Source of the DNA: Flavobacteriaceae bacterium
Lineage (GTDB): Bacteria > Bacteroidota > Bacteroidia > Flavobacteriales > Flavobacteriaceae
Direction: 5' to 3'
DNA: 64,000 nucleotides
Assembly: GCA_052032225.1 (NCBI GenBank)
Contig: JBPEWY010000083.1
Span: forward strand, 40,965-104,964
The notes below the pieces were generated by a model. That model saw only the letters and a list, made by a program, of their open reading frames with translations. It did no database searches and was not told the origin of the DNA. The first letter of the stretch is position 1. Each line of letters starts with the position of its first letter. This document shows positions 17,596 through 26,785 of the stretch, piece by piece. Position numbers and translations under genes: made by a program.

Positions 17596-17689
17596 ATGTA
17601 TAAAATTAACATTCACATTCTACATAAAAAGTGATAATTTTTTGTTAAAAACTAAGGCTCGCTTTTTAACATCCTATAATTTTATACTC

Positions 17690-18235
17690 ATGAAGCATTT
17701 AGTATATTTATTAGTTATAATAGTTTTTATAGGTTGTAAAGAAGAAAAACAAGAGCAAGTAAAAGATATTGCCTATTCCGTACCTGAGCCTGTAAGGATA
17801 ATAAAGCAAGATGAAGTTAGTGTTCCGGTTTACGATTTTAAGGCTTTGTCTCCATTATTAAATAAAACTGATGATAAAGTTAGAGTAATAAATTTTTGGG
17901 CAACTTGGTGTAAACCATGTGTTGCAGAACTTCCATATTTTGAAGCTGTAAACCAAAAGTATAAAAACAAAAATGTAATAGTTATTTTGGTTAGTTTAGA
18001 TTTTCCGAAAATGGCAGAAACCAAATTAGTGCCTTTTATAAAAGAAAAGAATATTAAATCGCAAGTAGTATTGTTAGATGACACAAAGCAAAACGAGTGG
18101 ATTCCGAAAGTATCAGAAAATTGGTCTGGAGCTATACCGGCTACCATAATTTATAACAAACATAAACGCTTGTTTTATGAGCGCTCATTTACACAAGAAG
18201 AATTAGAAACAGAAATTCAAAAATTTATTAAATAA
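17690..18235 (+). CDS. TlpA-family thiol:disulfide oxidoreductase lipoprotein
   Basis: Lipobox IVFIGC and a thioredoxin CxxC motif in FWATWCKPCVAE. Start set at MKHLVYLL (17690). Confidence 0.85.
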   Translation: MKHLVYLLVIIVFIGCKEEKQEQVKDIAYSVPEPVRIIKQDEVSVPVYDFKALSPLLNKTDDKVRVINFWATWCKPCVAELPYFEAVNQKYKNKNVIVILVSLDFPKMAETKLVPFIKEKNIKSQVVLLDDTKQNEWIPKVSENWSGAIPATIIYNKHKRLFYERSFTQEELETEIQKFIK

Positions 18236-18243
18236 ATACCAAC

Positions 18244-18867
18244 ATGAAAACAATTAAAAGTATTGCATTAGCACTTGTGTTAGTTACTTCTGCAGCATTG
18301 GTTAGTTTTACACTAACTAACGAGTATGGCTACAAAGTAGGCGATAAAGCCACAGATTTTTCGCTTAAAAATATTGATGGCAGTATGGTGTCTTTAAAAG
18401 ATTTTGAAGACGCAAAAGGATTTTTGGTAATTTTTACCTGTAATACGTGTCCGTATGCTGTAGCTTACGAAGACAGAATTATAGCATTAGATAAAAAGTA
18501 CAAACCCCTTGGAGTTCCGGTAATTGCTATAAACCCAAATGACCCGGAGGTACAACCCGGGGATAGTTTTGAGAAAATGCAAGAACGAGCAAAAGAAAAA
18601 GGGTTTACTTTCCCCTATTTATTAGACGAAGGGCAAAAAATATATCCGCAATATGGGGCAACCAGAACACCACATGTTTATTTATTACAAAAAACAAAAG
18701 AAGGAAATATTGTTAGATACATTGGTGCTATAGACGATAACTACCAAGATGCCAGTGCGGTAGAAACAAAGTATGTAGAAAACGCTATAGATGCTATGTT
18801 AGCCGGTAAAGAAATTTCGGTTACCAAAACAAAAGCAATCGGGTGTACCATAAAAACTAAAAAGTAG
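18244..18867 (+). CDS. Thioredoxin-fold (AhpC/TSA-redoxin-like) secreted protein
   Basis: Signal peptide and FLVIFTCNTCPY (CxxC), followed by redoxin-like RTPHVYLL. Confidence 0.8.
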   Translation: MKTIKSIALALVLVTSAALVSFTLTNEYGYKVGDKATDFSLKNIDGSMVSLKDFEDAKGFLVIFTCNTCPYAVAYEDRIIALDKKYKPLGVPVIAINPNDPEVQPGDSFEKMQERAKEKGFTFPYLLDEGQKIYPQYGATRTPHVYLLQKTKEGNIVRYIGAIDDNYQDASAVETKYVENAIDAMLAGKEISVTKTKAIGCTIKTKK

Positions 18868-18891
18868 TATAATTACCTTAAAAGGCTTCAT

Positions 18892-18899
18892 TATATTTG
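18892..18899 (+). promoter_or_regulatory. -7 promoter box TATATTTG
   Basis: Matches TAnnTTTG, 22 nt upstream of the ATG at 18922. Confidence 0.4.
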
Positions 18900-18921
18900 C
18901 GTTTTTAAATACTAAATTAAA

Positions 18922-19239
18922 ATGGTAGATTTATCGCAACAAGAGTGGAAAGAGCAATTAGCAAACGATGCTGATGCTGTAATTTTAGATGTTAGAGCTC
19001 CACACGAATATGAAGAAGGCTATATTCCTAATGCAATAAATATTGATATTTATTTAGGACAAGGATTTATAGATGAATTAGAGAAGTTAGATAAAACAAA
19101 AAACTACTATGTGTACTGCAAGTCTGGAGGCCGAAGCACTCAAGCATGTTTAATAATGAAACAACTTGGTTTTATAAACATGTATAATTTACAAGGAGGT
19201 TTCTCTGAATGGCGAGGCGAAGTTGTAGATGCACTTTAA
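18922..19239 (+). CDS. Rhodanese-like domain protein
   Basis: VILDVRAPHEYEEGYIPNAINI and the active-site loop YCKSGGRS. Confidence 0.9.
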   Translation: MVDLSQQEWKEQLANDADAVILDVRAPHEYEEGYIPNAINIDIYLGQGFIDELEKLDKTKNYYVYCKSGGRSTQACLIMKQLGFINMYNLQGGFSEWRGEVVDAL

Positions 19240-19261
19240 ATAACAAGACTATAATATGTTA

Positions 19262-19292
19262 AAAAGCGTCAATTTTTTTTGACGCTTTTTTT
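19262..19292 (+). terminator. Intrinsic terminator
   Basis: GCGTCAA-TTTTTT-TTGACGC stem followed by a T-run, 23 nt after the rhodanese stop. Confidence 0.7.
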
Positions 19293-19326
19293 GTGTCTTC
19301 TTGAAAATACTTTCTTACATTTAAAA

Positions 19327-20595
19327 ATGATTAAAGAAGACTTTTTACACTATCTCTGGAAATTTCAGAAGTTTACAACTACCAATTTAACTTCAACGTC
19401 AGGACAAAAAATTCAAATTTTACAAGTTGGGCAGCACAACCACAATGCAGGTCCTGATTTTTATAATGCTCATGTTATAATAGATAATCAGTTTTGGGCT
19501 GGTACTGTAGAGATTCATGTAAAAGCGTCAGATTGGTATTTGCATGGTCACGAGAAAGACACAAATTATAACAATGTTGTTTTGCATGTGGTTTGGGAAG
19601 ATGATGTGGTTGTATACCAAAACAACAGAGCATTACCAACACTCTCTTTACAGTCTTTAGTACATAAACAAACACTAACAAACTACACTGCTCTTTTACA
19701 TAGTAAAAAGCAATTTTTTAATTGCGAGAAAGATATCAATATTGTACCCCAACATATAGAAACCAATTGGTTAGAGCGTTTGTATATAACCAGATTAGAA
19801 CACAAAGCCAAAGCAATACAAAAGGAGCTTGCCAAAACCACTAATAACTGGGAAGAAGTTTTGTACAGAAATTTGCTTAAGGCCTTTGGTTTAAAAGTAA
19901 ATTCAGAGGCATTTTATAGTATTGCGTCAAGTATTCCGTTTTCTGTTTTCAGAAAAGAGAGTTTTAATGCTTTTAAAACCGAAGCTTTGTTAATGGGGCA
20001 AGCCGGGCTGTTACAAGAAACTAATGATAGTTATTCTGATGCTTTGTTAGAAGCATATTTGTACTTAAAACACAAATACAATCTATCTGATTTAGGAGTT
20101 ACATCTCCTGTTTTTTATAGATTAAGGCCTCCTAATTTTCCAACAATTAGGTTGTCTCAAGTTGCTAATTTGTATGCAAAAAGTACCACACTTTTCAATA
20201 CAATAAAAAGCGAGTTTAATATAGGTTTTTTTGAAAAAGAGCTAAATGTAACCACATCAAGCTATTGGAATACACATTACAGTTTTGGTAAAGAATCTCC
20301 GTATAAAATTAAAAAAACTACGAGCAGTGTAATACAAACATTATTGTTAAATGCAATTATTCCAATACAATTTGCCTACGCCAAATCAACCGGCAAAAAC
20401 ATAACCGATAAACTTATAGGATTAGTAGAGCAATTAAATCCTGAGCAAAACACTATTACGCAGAAATTCAAATCAAAAGGGTTAAATTTAAAATCGGCTT
20501 TTCAAACACAAGCAGTATTAGAGGCTTACAATAATAACTGTATAAAAAATAAATGCTTGCAATGCGTGGTTGGAAATTATTTAATAAAGCAATAG
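19327..20595 (+). CDS. DUF2851-family protein
   Basis: MIKEDFLHYLWKFQKF ... NAGPDF ... GTVEIHVKASDWYLHGHEKD pattern is typical of DUF2851. The ATG at 19327 is preferred because the track start lies inside the upstream terminator. Confidence 0.75.
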   Translation: MIKEDFLHYLWKFQKFTTTNLTSTSGQKIQILQVGQHNHNAGPDFYNAHVIIDNQFWAGTVEIHVKASDWYLHGHEKDTNYNNVVLHVVWEDDVVVYQNNRALPTLSLQSLVHKQTLTNYTALLHSKKQFFNCEKDINIVPQHIETNWLERLYITRLEHKAKAIQKELAKTTNNWEEVLYRNLLKAFGLKVNSEAFYSIASSIPFSVFRKESFNAFKTEALLMGQAGLLQETNDSYSDALLEAYLYLKHKYNLSDLGVTSPVFYRLRPPNFPTIRLSQVANLYAKSTTLFNTIKSEFNIGFFEKELNVTTSSYWNTHYSFGKESPYKIKKTTSSVIQTLLLNAIIPIQFAYAKSTGKNITDKLIGLVEQLNPEQNTITQKFKSKGLNLKSAFQTQAVLEAYNNNCIKNKCLQCVVGNYLIKQ

Positions 20596-20611
20596 TTTTA
20601 CAAATCAAAAT

Positions 20612-20839
20612 ATGAAACTGTTAAACAACATACGGTATTTTTTTGAAAAGCATGGCTATGCGGTATCATCACGTTTGGCAGATCGATTGGGCATGAAAGC
20701 AAAAAATGTTAGACTTTTTTTTATATATGTAACATTTGCAACATTTGGTGCCTGGTTTGCCGTATATTTAACCTTAGCTTTTATGCTAAAACTAAAAGAT
20801 ATGGTATATACCAAACGAACTTCGGTTTTTGATTTGTAG
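20612..20839 (+). CDS. PspC-domain small membrane protein
   Basis: 75 aa. LADRLGMKAKNVRLFFIYV followed by one TM helix. Confidence 0.65.
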   Translation: MKLLNNIRYFFEKHGYAVSSRLADRLGMKAKNVRLFFIYVTFATFGAWFAVYLTLAFMLKLKDMVYTKRTSVFDL

Positions 20840-20842
20840 TAT

Positions 20843-21862
20843 ATGTTTAAACTCTTCCGATCTAAAATATACACAGCACTTTTTTTGCTGCTACTTGTAC
20901 TGGCAATTGGTGTAATGGGCTATAGGCTCGTTTCTAACTACAATTGGTTAGATGCCTTTTACATGACTATAATTACTGTAACAACAGTAGGATTTAGAGA
21001 AGTGCATCCGGTAGATGATGAAACTAAGTTATTTACCATTTTCTTAATTATCTTAAGTGTATTCATTTTTGCGTATGCTATTTCGGTAATTACAGAATAC
21101 ATTTTAGCCAAAAGTTTTTTACAAAACGTTAAAATAAGAAAGATGAAAAAGAAAATCGATCAACTTAACAATCATATTATTATTTGTGGATTTGGAAGAA
21201 ACGGAATGCAAGCAGCCACAAAATTAAAAGCCTACCAAAGACCTTTTGTAGTTATCGAAAAAGACAAGGAAGTTATAGAAAAACACGAGCAAGAAATACT
21301 ATTTGTAGAAGGTAATGCCAACGAAGACGAAACACTCTTAAAAGCAGGAGTAGATCGAGCTCAGTGCTTAATAAGTGCACTACCAAATGATGCTGATAAT
21401 CTTTTTGTAGTGCTCTCTGCAAGACAATTAAATAAAAACTTAACAATAATTAGCAGAGCCTCTCAAGAAGCTTCTCAAAGAAAACTAAAGTTAGCGGGAG
21501 CAAACAAAACCATAATGCCCGATAAAATTGGAGGAGACCATATGGCATCTTTAGTTGTTTTACCGGATTTAGTAGAATTTTTAGACCAATTGTCTATAGA
21601 AGGAGAAAACACCATAAACTTAGAAGAGATTGCTATAGAAGATTTACCTAAAGAATATCAATACAAATCGTTGGTAGATTTAGATTTAAGAAAAAAAACC
21701 GGGTGTACAGTTATAGGATACAAAGAACCATCGGGCAATTACATAATTAATCCGGAAGCAGATACCAAGCTGCTACCCAACTCAAAACTTATGGTTTTAG
21801 GCAGACCAGAACAGATAAAAAAACTTAACAAGATGTTTAATATACAAGAGACCTATATTTAA
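20843..21862 (+). CDS. 2-TM ion channel with RCK (TrkA-N/TrkA-C) domains; non-canonical filter TTVGFRE
   Basis: TM1, pore helix, TVTTVGFRE, TM2, then Rossmann IIICGFGRNG and a C-terminal TrkA-C-like domain. Confidence 0.85.
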   Translation: MFKLFRSKIYTALFLLLLVLAIGVMGYRLVSNYNWLDAFYMTIITVTTVGFREVHPVDDETKLFTIFLIILSVFIFAYAISVITEYILAKSFLQNVKIRKMKKKIDQLNNHIIICGFGRNGMQAATKLKAYQRPFVVIEKDKEVIEKHEQEILFVEGNANEDETLLKAGVDRAQCLISALPNDADNLFVVLSARQLNKNLTIISRASQEASQRKLKLAGANKTIMPDKIGGDHMASLVVLPDLVEFLDQLSIEGENTINLEEIAIEDLPKEYQYKSLVDLDLRKKTGCTVIGYKEPSGNYIINPEADTKLLPNSKLMVLGRPEQIKKLNKMFNIQETYI

Positions 21863-21952
21863 CAAACAAAAATTTGACCTGCTTTACTTTTTTTAAGATA
21901 TTGTCGGCTTAACAAACCCTAGAAAACCAAACTAAAACAAATTCTCACATTT

Positions 21953-24037
21953 ATGAAAAGTAAAATTCTGTTAATTGCTTTTTTGCTCTTTTCAGGTTCA
22001 CTTTTTTCTCAGCAACTAACCGTTAACGAATCTATTTACAATCCATCAAACAGAATAAATGATGGGGTTATAGATTTACAAGTATTAGGAGGAACCCCGC
22101 CATATACATTTAAATGGAGCAATCAAAGCACTCCGCTTACTTCTAACAAAGCAACAGGACTAACCGAAGGCATCCCTTATACAGTTACTGTTACAGATGC
22201 TAAAGGGCTTTCGGTTACTAAAGAATACACAGTAGAAACTCAAGTAATAACAGAGGTGTTTAATAGTAAAATGACACCTGCAGTTTCTGCTCTTGGAGCC
22301 GTTTTGTTTTGGGATCCTTTTGCTGCAAGTGGTATATACGATCCGGTTGTATATGCCGATGTTAAATTAATAGCAGCACCGGGTTGGAGTCCTGATGTAG
22401 ATGACAAATTTGTTTTAAAAAAATGGCTAAAACCCGAAGGCACAAAAGTTAAAAAAGGCGATCAAATAGCAATTGTTACCCGAAAAACCGGAGATGTAAC
22501 AGTTGTTGCCGAAGCTAACGGAACGTTAAGATATTTAGTTAAAGAAGGAGGAGTTATCTATAACTCAGATAATAAAGAACATATTATAGAGCAAGGGGCG
22601 CATTATATTGCAGAAATCCAATATGATGAGCCAGTGCCATTAACTCATCCAAACGGAGACCCTCAAACAAAAAATATCCCTTTCATTGTTGTTTGGTTAC
22701 TCTTGGGTGCAACATTCTTTACCTTAAGAATGGGCTTTATAAATATTCGTGGATTTAAACACTCACTAGAACTTGCCAGAGGTAAGTTTGATGACCCTGA
22801 TGCTCCAGGCCAAGTTACACATTTTCAAGCCCTGGCAACAGCTGTTTCTGGTACTGTTGGTTTGGGTAATATTGCCGGTGTGGCTGTAGCAGTTTCGCTT
22901 GGTGGAGCAGGAGCTACACTCTGGATGATTATTGCTGGATTACTAGGTATGTCATCTAAGTTTGTTGAGTGTACTTTAGGTGTTAAGTATAGAGACATTT
23001 TACCGGATGGCCGTGTATTTGGTGGCCCAATGAATTATTTACGCTACGGTTTAGAAAAGCGCAACCTTAAAGGCTTTGGTAAAGTTTTAGCTGGCTTGTT
23101 TGCAATTTTAGCAGTAGGAGCTTCATTTGGTGGAGGAAACATGTTCCAGGCCAACCAATCTTTTGAGCAATTATCGGGTCAGTTTCCGGCACTTCAAGGA
23201 AACGGATTTTGGTTTGGTGTTATAACAGCAATTTTAGTTGGTGCAGTAATTATTGGTGGTATAAATAGCATTGCTAAAGTTACCGGTAAAGTAGTGCCAT
23301 TTATGGCATCTATTTACATTATTGCTGCGCTAGTAGTTATTGGTATTAATATAGAAAACATCGGACCGGCGTTTTCTGCAATTATAGATGGAGCTTTCGA
23401 GCCAAGTGCACTTAAAGGCGGTATTATTGGCGTACTCATTGTAGGATTTCAACGGGCAGCATTCTCTAACGAAGCCGGAGTAGGGTCGGCTGCTATAGCA
23501 CACAGTGCTGCAAAAACCAATCATCCGCCATCAGAAGGATTTGTGGCGCTTTTAGAACCGTTCATAGATACTGTTGTTGTTTGTACGCTTACTGCATTGG
23601 TTTTAATTTTTACCGGAATGCACGAGGTACAAGGCTTAGGAGGGGCGCAATTAACTTCAGATGCCTTCGGAAGTGTAATTTCGTGGTTCCCATATGTACT
23701 TGCTGCAGCAGTATTTTTATTTGCATTTTCAACCATGATTTCATGGTCGTATTACGGTATGCGTGCTTGGACTTATTTGTTTGGAAAAAGCCGTAAAACC
23801 GAAATGGTGTATAAACTATTATTTTTAGTATTTGTTGTAATTGGAGCATCGGTAAGTTTAGGAGCAGTATTAGATTTCTCAGATATGATGATTTTGGCTA
23901 TGTCTTTTCCTAACATTATAGGTTTATATTTAATGAGCGGAGAAGTAAAAGCCGATTTAAATGCTTACTTAGCCAAGTACAAAAAAGGAGAATTATTCAA
24001 AAAAAATAAACCCAATAAACAAAGTGAGGCAGCTTAA
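21953..24037 (+). CDS. Alanine/glycine:cation symporter (AGCS) family transporter with a ~240-aa N-terminal extension
   Basis: The core (residues about 240-680) has FQALATAVSGTVGLGNIAGVA, GFQRAAFSNEAGVGSAAIAHSAAKT and FSTMISWSYYG. The N-terminus has a signal peptide, a SprB-repeat-like GGTPPYTFKWSN segment and a lipoyl/biotinyl-like barrel segment. Confidence 0.85.
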   Translation: MKSKILLIAFLLFSGSLFSQQLTVNESIYNPSNRINDGVIDLQVLGGTPPYTFKWSNQSTPLTSNKATGLTEGIPYTVTVTDAKGLSVTKEYTVETQVITEVFNSKMTPAVSALGAVLFWDPFAASGIYDPVVYADVKLIAAPGWSPDVDDKFVLKKWLKPEGTKVKKGDQIAIVTRKTGDVTVVAEANGTLRYLVKEGGVIYNSDNKEHIIEQGAHYIAEIQYDEPVPLTHPNGDPQTKNIPFIVVWLLLGATFFTLRMGFINIRGFKHSLELARGKFDDPDAPGQVTHFQALATAVSGTVGLGNIAGVAVAVSLGGAGATLWMIIAGLLGMSSKFVECTLGVKYRDILPDGRVFGGPMNYLRYGLEKRNLKGFGKVLAGLFAILAVGASFGGGNMFQANQSFEQLSGQFPALQGNGFWFGVITAILVGAVIIGGINSIAKVTGKVVPFMASIYIIAALVVIGINIENIGPAFSAIIDGAFEPSALKGGIIGVLIVGFQRAAFSNEAGVGSAAIAHSAAKTNHPPSEGFVALLEPFIDTVVVCTLTALVLIFTGMHEVQGLGGAQLTSDAFGSVISWFPYVLAAAVFLFAFSTMISWSYYGMRAWTYLFGKSRKTEMVYKLLFLVFVVIGASVSLGAVLDFSDMMILAMSFPNIIGLYLMSGEVKADLNAYLAKYKKGELFKKNKPNKQSEAA

Positions 24038-24067
24038 CAACTAAATTAAGTTGTACTTTCTGGTTTA

Positions 24068-24106
24068 AGCCCGTTTGTACATAGTTTAAGTACAAACGGG
24101 CTTTTT
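24068..24106 (+). terminator. Intrinsic terminator
   Basis: 13-bp stem AGCCCGTTTGTAC / GTACAAACGGGCT followed by TTTT. Confidence 0.8.
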
Positions 24107-24224
24107 GTTTAAATTAAAAAAGTAAAAAAACAATAGTGAATACCATATATTTTATTGATATTGTGAACCTCATAACAAAAACTAAATAACCAACTACACT
24201 TATTTTATATAACTTCTTTAAATT

Positions 24225-25856
24225 ATGAAAAAAGTATTTTTTACCCTTTTGTCTTTCATTTTTCCGTTAACTTTTTTAGCACAAAATGCAACCCAAGAAC
24301 TAAGTTGGGGACAAAAAATAGATAGAGAATTTCAACCTATTGCAGATGCTTGGGAAGGTATAGTTTTATACCCGGTTTCAATTGCAGGATTTCAGATTCC
24401 TATTGTTTTACTTTTGCTGGTTTTTGGAGCAACATTTTTTACAATCTATTTTGGTTTTCCGAGTGTTAGAAGATTTCCGTTGGCCATTAATACGGTGAGA
24501 GGAAAATACGATGAATTAGATCATCATGAAGCTGAAAAGTCTGATTTGGCCATAGATGGCGATGTAAAAGGAACAATTAAAGATGAAAGCAAAGAAGGAG
24601 AGGTAAGTCATTTTCAAGCATTGGCAACAGCTGTTTCCGGAACGGTTGGTCTTGGAAATATTGCCGGAGTTGCCGTTGCAATTGCATTAGGTGGCCCCGG
24701 AGCTACTTTCTGGATGATTGTATGCGGGCTTATCGGTATGGCTTCAAAATTTGTAGAATGTACACTTGGTGTTAAATATAGAGATGTTGGTCCGGATGGA
24801 ACAGTTTACGGCGGACCAATGTATTATTTAAAAAAGGGATTAGCCGAAAGAGGATTCGGAACTATTGGAAAAGTTTTAGCAGTACTTTTTGCCGTGCTTT
24901 GTATTGGCGCATCATTTGGAGGAGGAAATGCATTTCAGTCTAATCAAGCTGCAGCACAATTATCTACGTTAGTAGGTTTAAACTTTGAAACTGCTGGTTT
25001 TTGGATTGGGGTTGCTTTAGCGGCAATTGTTGGGGTTGTAATTATTGGCGGTATAAAGCGTATTGCCAGCGTAACTGAAAAAATAGTGCCATTTATGGCA
25101 GGAATTTACGTGTTGGCAGCTTTAATAATAATTTTTGCACACTTTAGCTATATAGATGATGCCATTGGTATGATTGTTAACGGAGCATTTACGCCTATGG
25201 CAGGACTTGGAGGTCTTGTGGGGGTATTAATTGTAGGGTTTCAACGTGCCGCTTTTTCTAACGAAGCCGGTGCAGGTTCTGCAGCTATTGCTCACTCTGC
25301 AGTTAAAACCAAATATCCTGCCAGCGAAGGTGTTGTAGCACTTTTAGAACCTTTTATAGATACAGTAGTAATTTGCACCATGACCGCCATGGTTATAATT
25401 TTCTTTAATATGGATGGTGGTAACATGCAGAGTATATTTAATTATGGTAGCTCTGCTAACAGTGCTGTTTTAATAAACTCGTCTGGAGAATATGTAGGAG
25501 GGGTAGATTTAACATCGATGGCTTTTGATTCTGTGATTCCGCATTTTTCTTATGTACTAACCGTTGCAATTATATTATTTGCATTTTCAACCATGATTTC
25601 TTGGTCTTATTACGGACTACAATCTTGGAAATTTTTATTTGGAAGAGGTAAAATGGCCGATTTAACCTATAAAGTATTGTTTTTAATATTTGTGGTTATT
25701 GGCGCTTCAACTACACTTAATGCAGTTATAAAATTTTCGGATGCAATGATTTTAGCTTTAGTATTCCCAAACATGATTGGACTATTATTTTTATTTCCGA
25801 AAGTTAAAGAAGAACTCAATAAATACCTCACAGCCATTAGAGGTATGAATAAATAA
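24225..25856 (+). CDS. Alanine/glycine:cation symporter (AGCS) family transporter
   Basis: Carries the same AGCS motifs as the upstream paralog, at the normal length of 543 aa. Confidence 0.9.
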   Translation: MKKVFFTLLSFIFPLTFLAQNATQELSWGQKIDREFQPIADAWEGIVLYPVSIAGFQIPIVLLLLVFGATFFTIYFGFPSVRRFPLAINTVRGKYDELDHHEAEKSDLAIDGDVKGTIKDESKEGEVSHFQALATAVSGTVGLGNIAGVAVAIALGGPGATFWMIVCGLIGMASKFVECTLGVKYRDVGPDGTVYGGPMYYLKKGLAERGFGTIGKVLAVLFAVLCIGASFGGGNAFQSNQAAAQLSTLVGLNFETAGFWIGVALAAIVGVVIIGGIKRIASVTEKIVPFMAGIYVLAALIIIFAHFSYIDDAIGMIVNGAFTPMAGLGGLVGVLIVGFQRAAFSNEAGAGSAAIAHSAVKTKYPASEGVVALLEPFIDTVVICTMTAMVIIFFNMDGGNMQSIFNYGSSANSAVLINSSGEYVGGVDLTSMAFDSVIPHFSYVLTVAIILFAFSTMISWSYYGLQSWKFLFGRGKMADLTYKVLFLIFVVIGASTTLNAVIKFSDAMILALVFPNMIGLLFLFPKVKEELNKYLTAIRGMNK

Positions 25857-25867
25857 TAATCAACTTA

Positions 25868-26728
25868 ATGAAAAGTTTAAAGCCTCACTTTGTGTTTACT
25901 AAACAGCAACAACGTGGGGCTTTCTTTTTAATACTTATTATAGTTGTACTGCAAGGATTAATTTTTTTAATTGATTTTCATCCAAAGCCTAAGTTATCAG
26001 ATAAACAACAAGAGCAATTGTTGTTATTTAATAAAGAAATAGATTCGCTTAAAGTAGTTAGAGAGCAGAACAAATCTACCTTTAAATATAATCCTAATTA
26101 CATAAGTGAATACAGCGCATATGTTTTAAACCTCCCTACCAATGTAGTTGTTAAAATCAAAGCTTACAGAAGTAAAGGAGAATACATAACCACTCTTGCA
26201 GAGTTTAAAAAAGTTTCAGAGCTGCCAGATACAACAGTAAAACGGATTGCGAATTTGCTTAAGTTTTCTAAGAATAATTATAAAATACCACCTAAGAAGT
26301 CTGCAATTGCAAAACAGGTACAATTAACTAAAGAAGATTTAAATAAGGTTACCATACAACAATTAAAAAAGTTTAACGGTATTGGAGATAAGCTATCTGC
26401 AAGAATAATAAAATTCAGAACTCTTTTAGGAGGTTTTTTAATTGATAATCAGTTGTACGATGTATATGGGTTAGATTCTACCATTGTAAAAACGGTTTTA
26501 AAAAAATATACCGTGCAGACATTACCTAAAATTCAAAAAATAAGCATTAATAATGCAACAAAGGCGCAATTAGCCACTATACCATATATTAATTATAAGC
26601 TGGCTTCGAAAATTGTTAATTTAAGAAATGAGCTTGGTGGGTTTTCTTCTTTTCAAGAATTAACAAAAATTCAAGAATTACCCAACAATAAGATTGATAG
26701 AATTAAATTATATTTGACACTGAATTAA
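25868..26728 (+). CDS. Helix-hairpin-helix (ComEA-like) DNA-binding membrane protein
   Basis: N-terminal TM helix and several HhH units (LKKFNGIGDKLSARIIKFR; QLATIPYINYKLASKIVNLRNELGGFSSFQEL). Confidence 0.7.
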   Translation: MKSLKPHFVFTKQQQRGAFFLILIIVVLQGLIFLIDFHPKPKLSDKQQEQLLLFNKEIDSLKVVREQNKSTFKYNPNYISEYSAYVLNLPTNVVVKIKAYRSKGEYITTLAEFKKVSELPDTTVKRIANLLKFSKNNYKIPPKKSAIAKQVQLTKEDLNKVTIQQLKKFNGIGDKLSARIIKFRTLLGGFLIDNQLYDVYGLDSTIVKTVLKKYTVQTLPKIQKISINNATKAQLATIPYINYKLASKIVNLRNELGGFSSFQELTKIQELPNNKIDRIKLYLTLN

Positions 26729-26785
26729 CTTAATACAAACTGCCTTGCCGGTTATTTGGTAAGTAGTTGTTAAAGCTTTAATAAG

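Noticed and set aside
21863-21952. Possible glycine riboswitch upstream of the AGCS transporter genes (also 24107-24224)
   Set aside because: The spacers are short and AT-rich, and they lack the conserved GGAGAG...CACCG-type cores or any extended paired structure.
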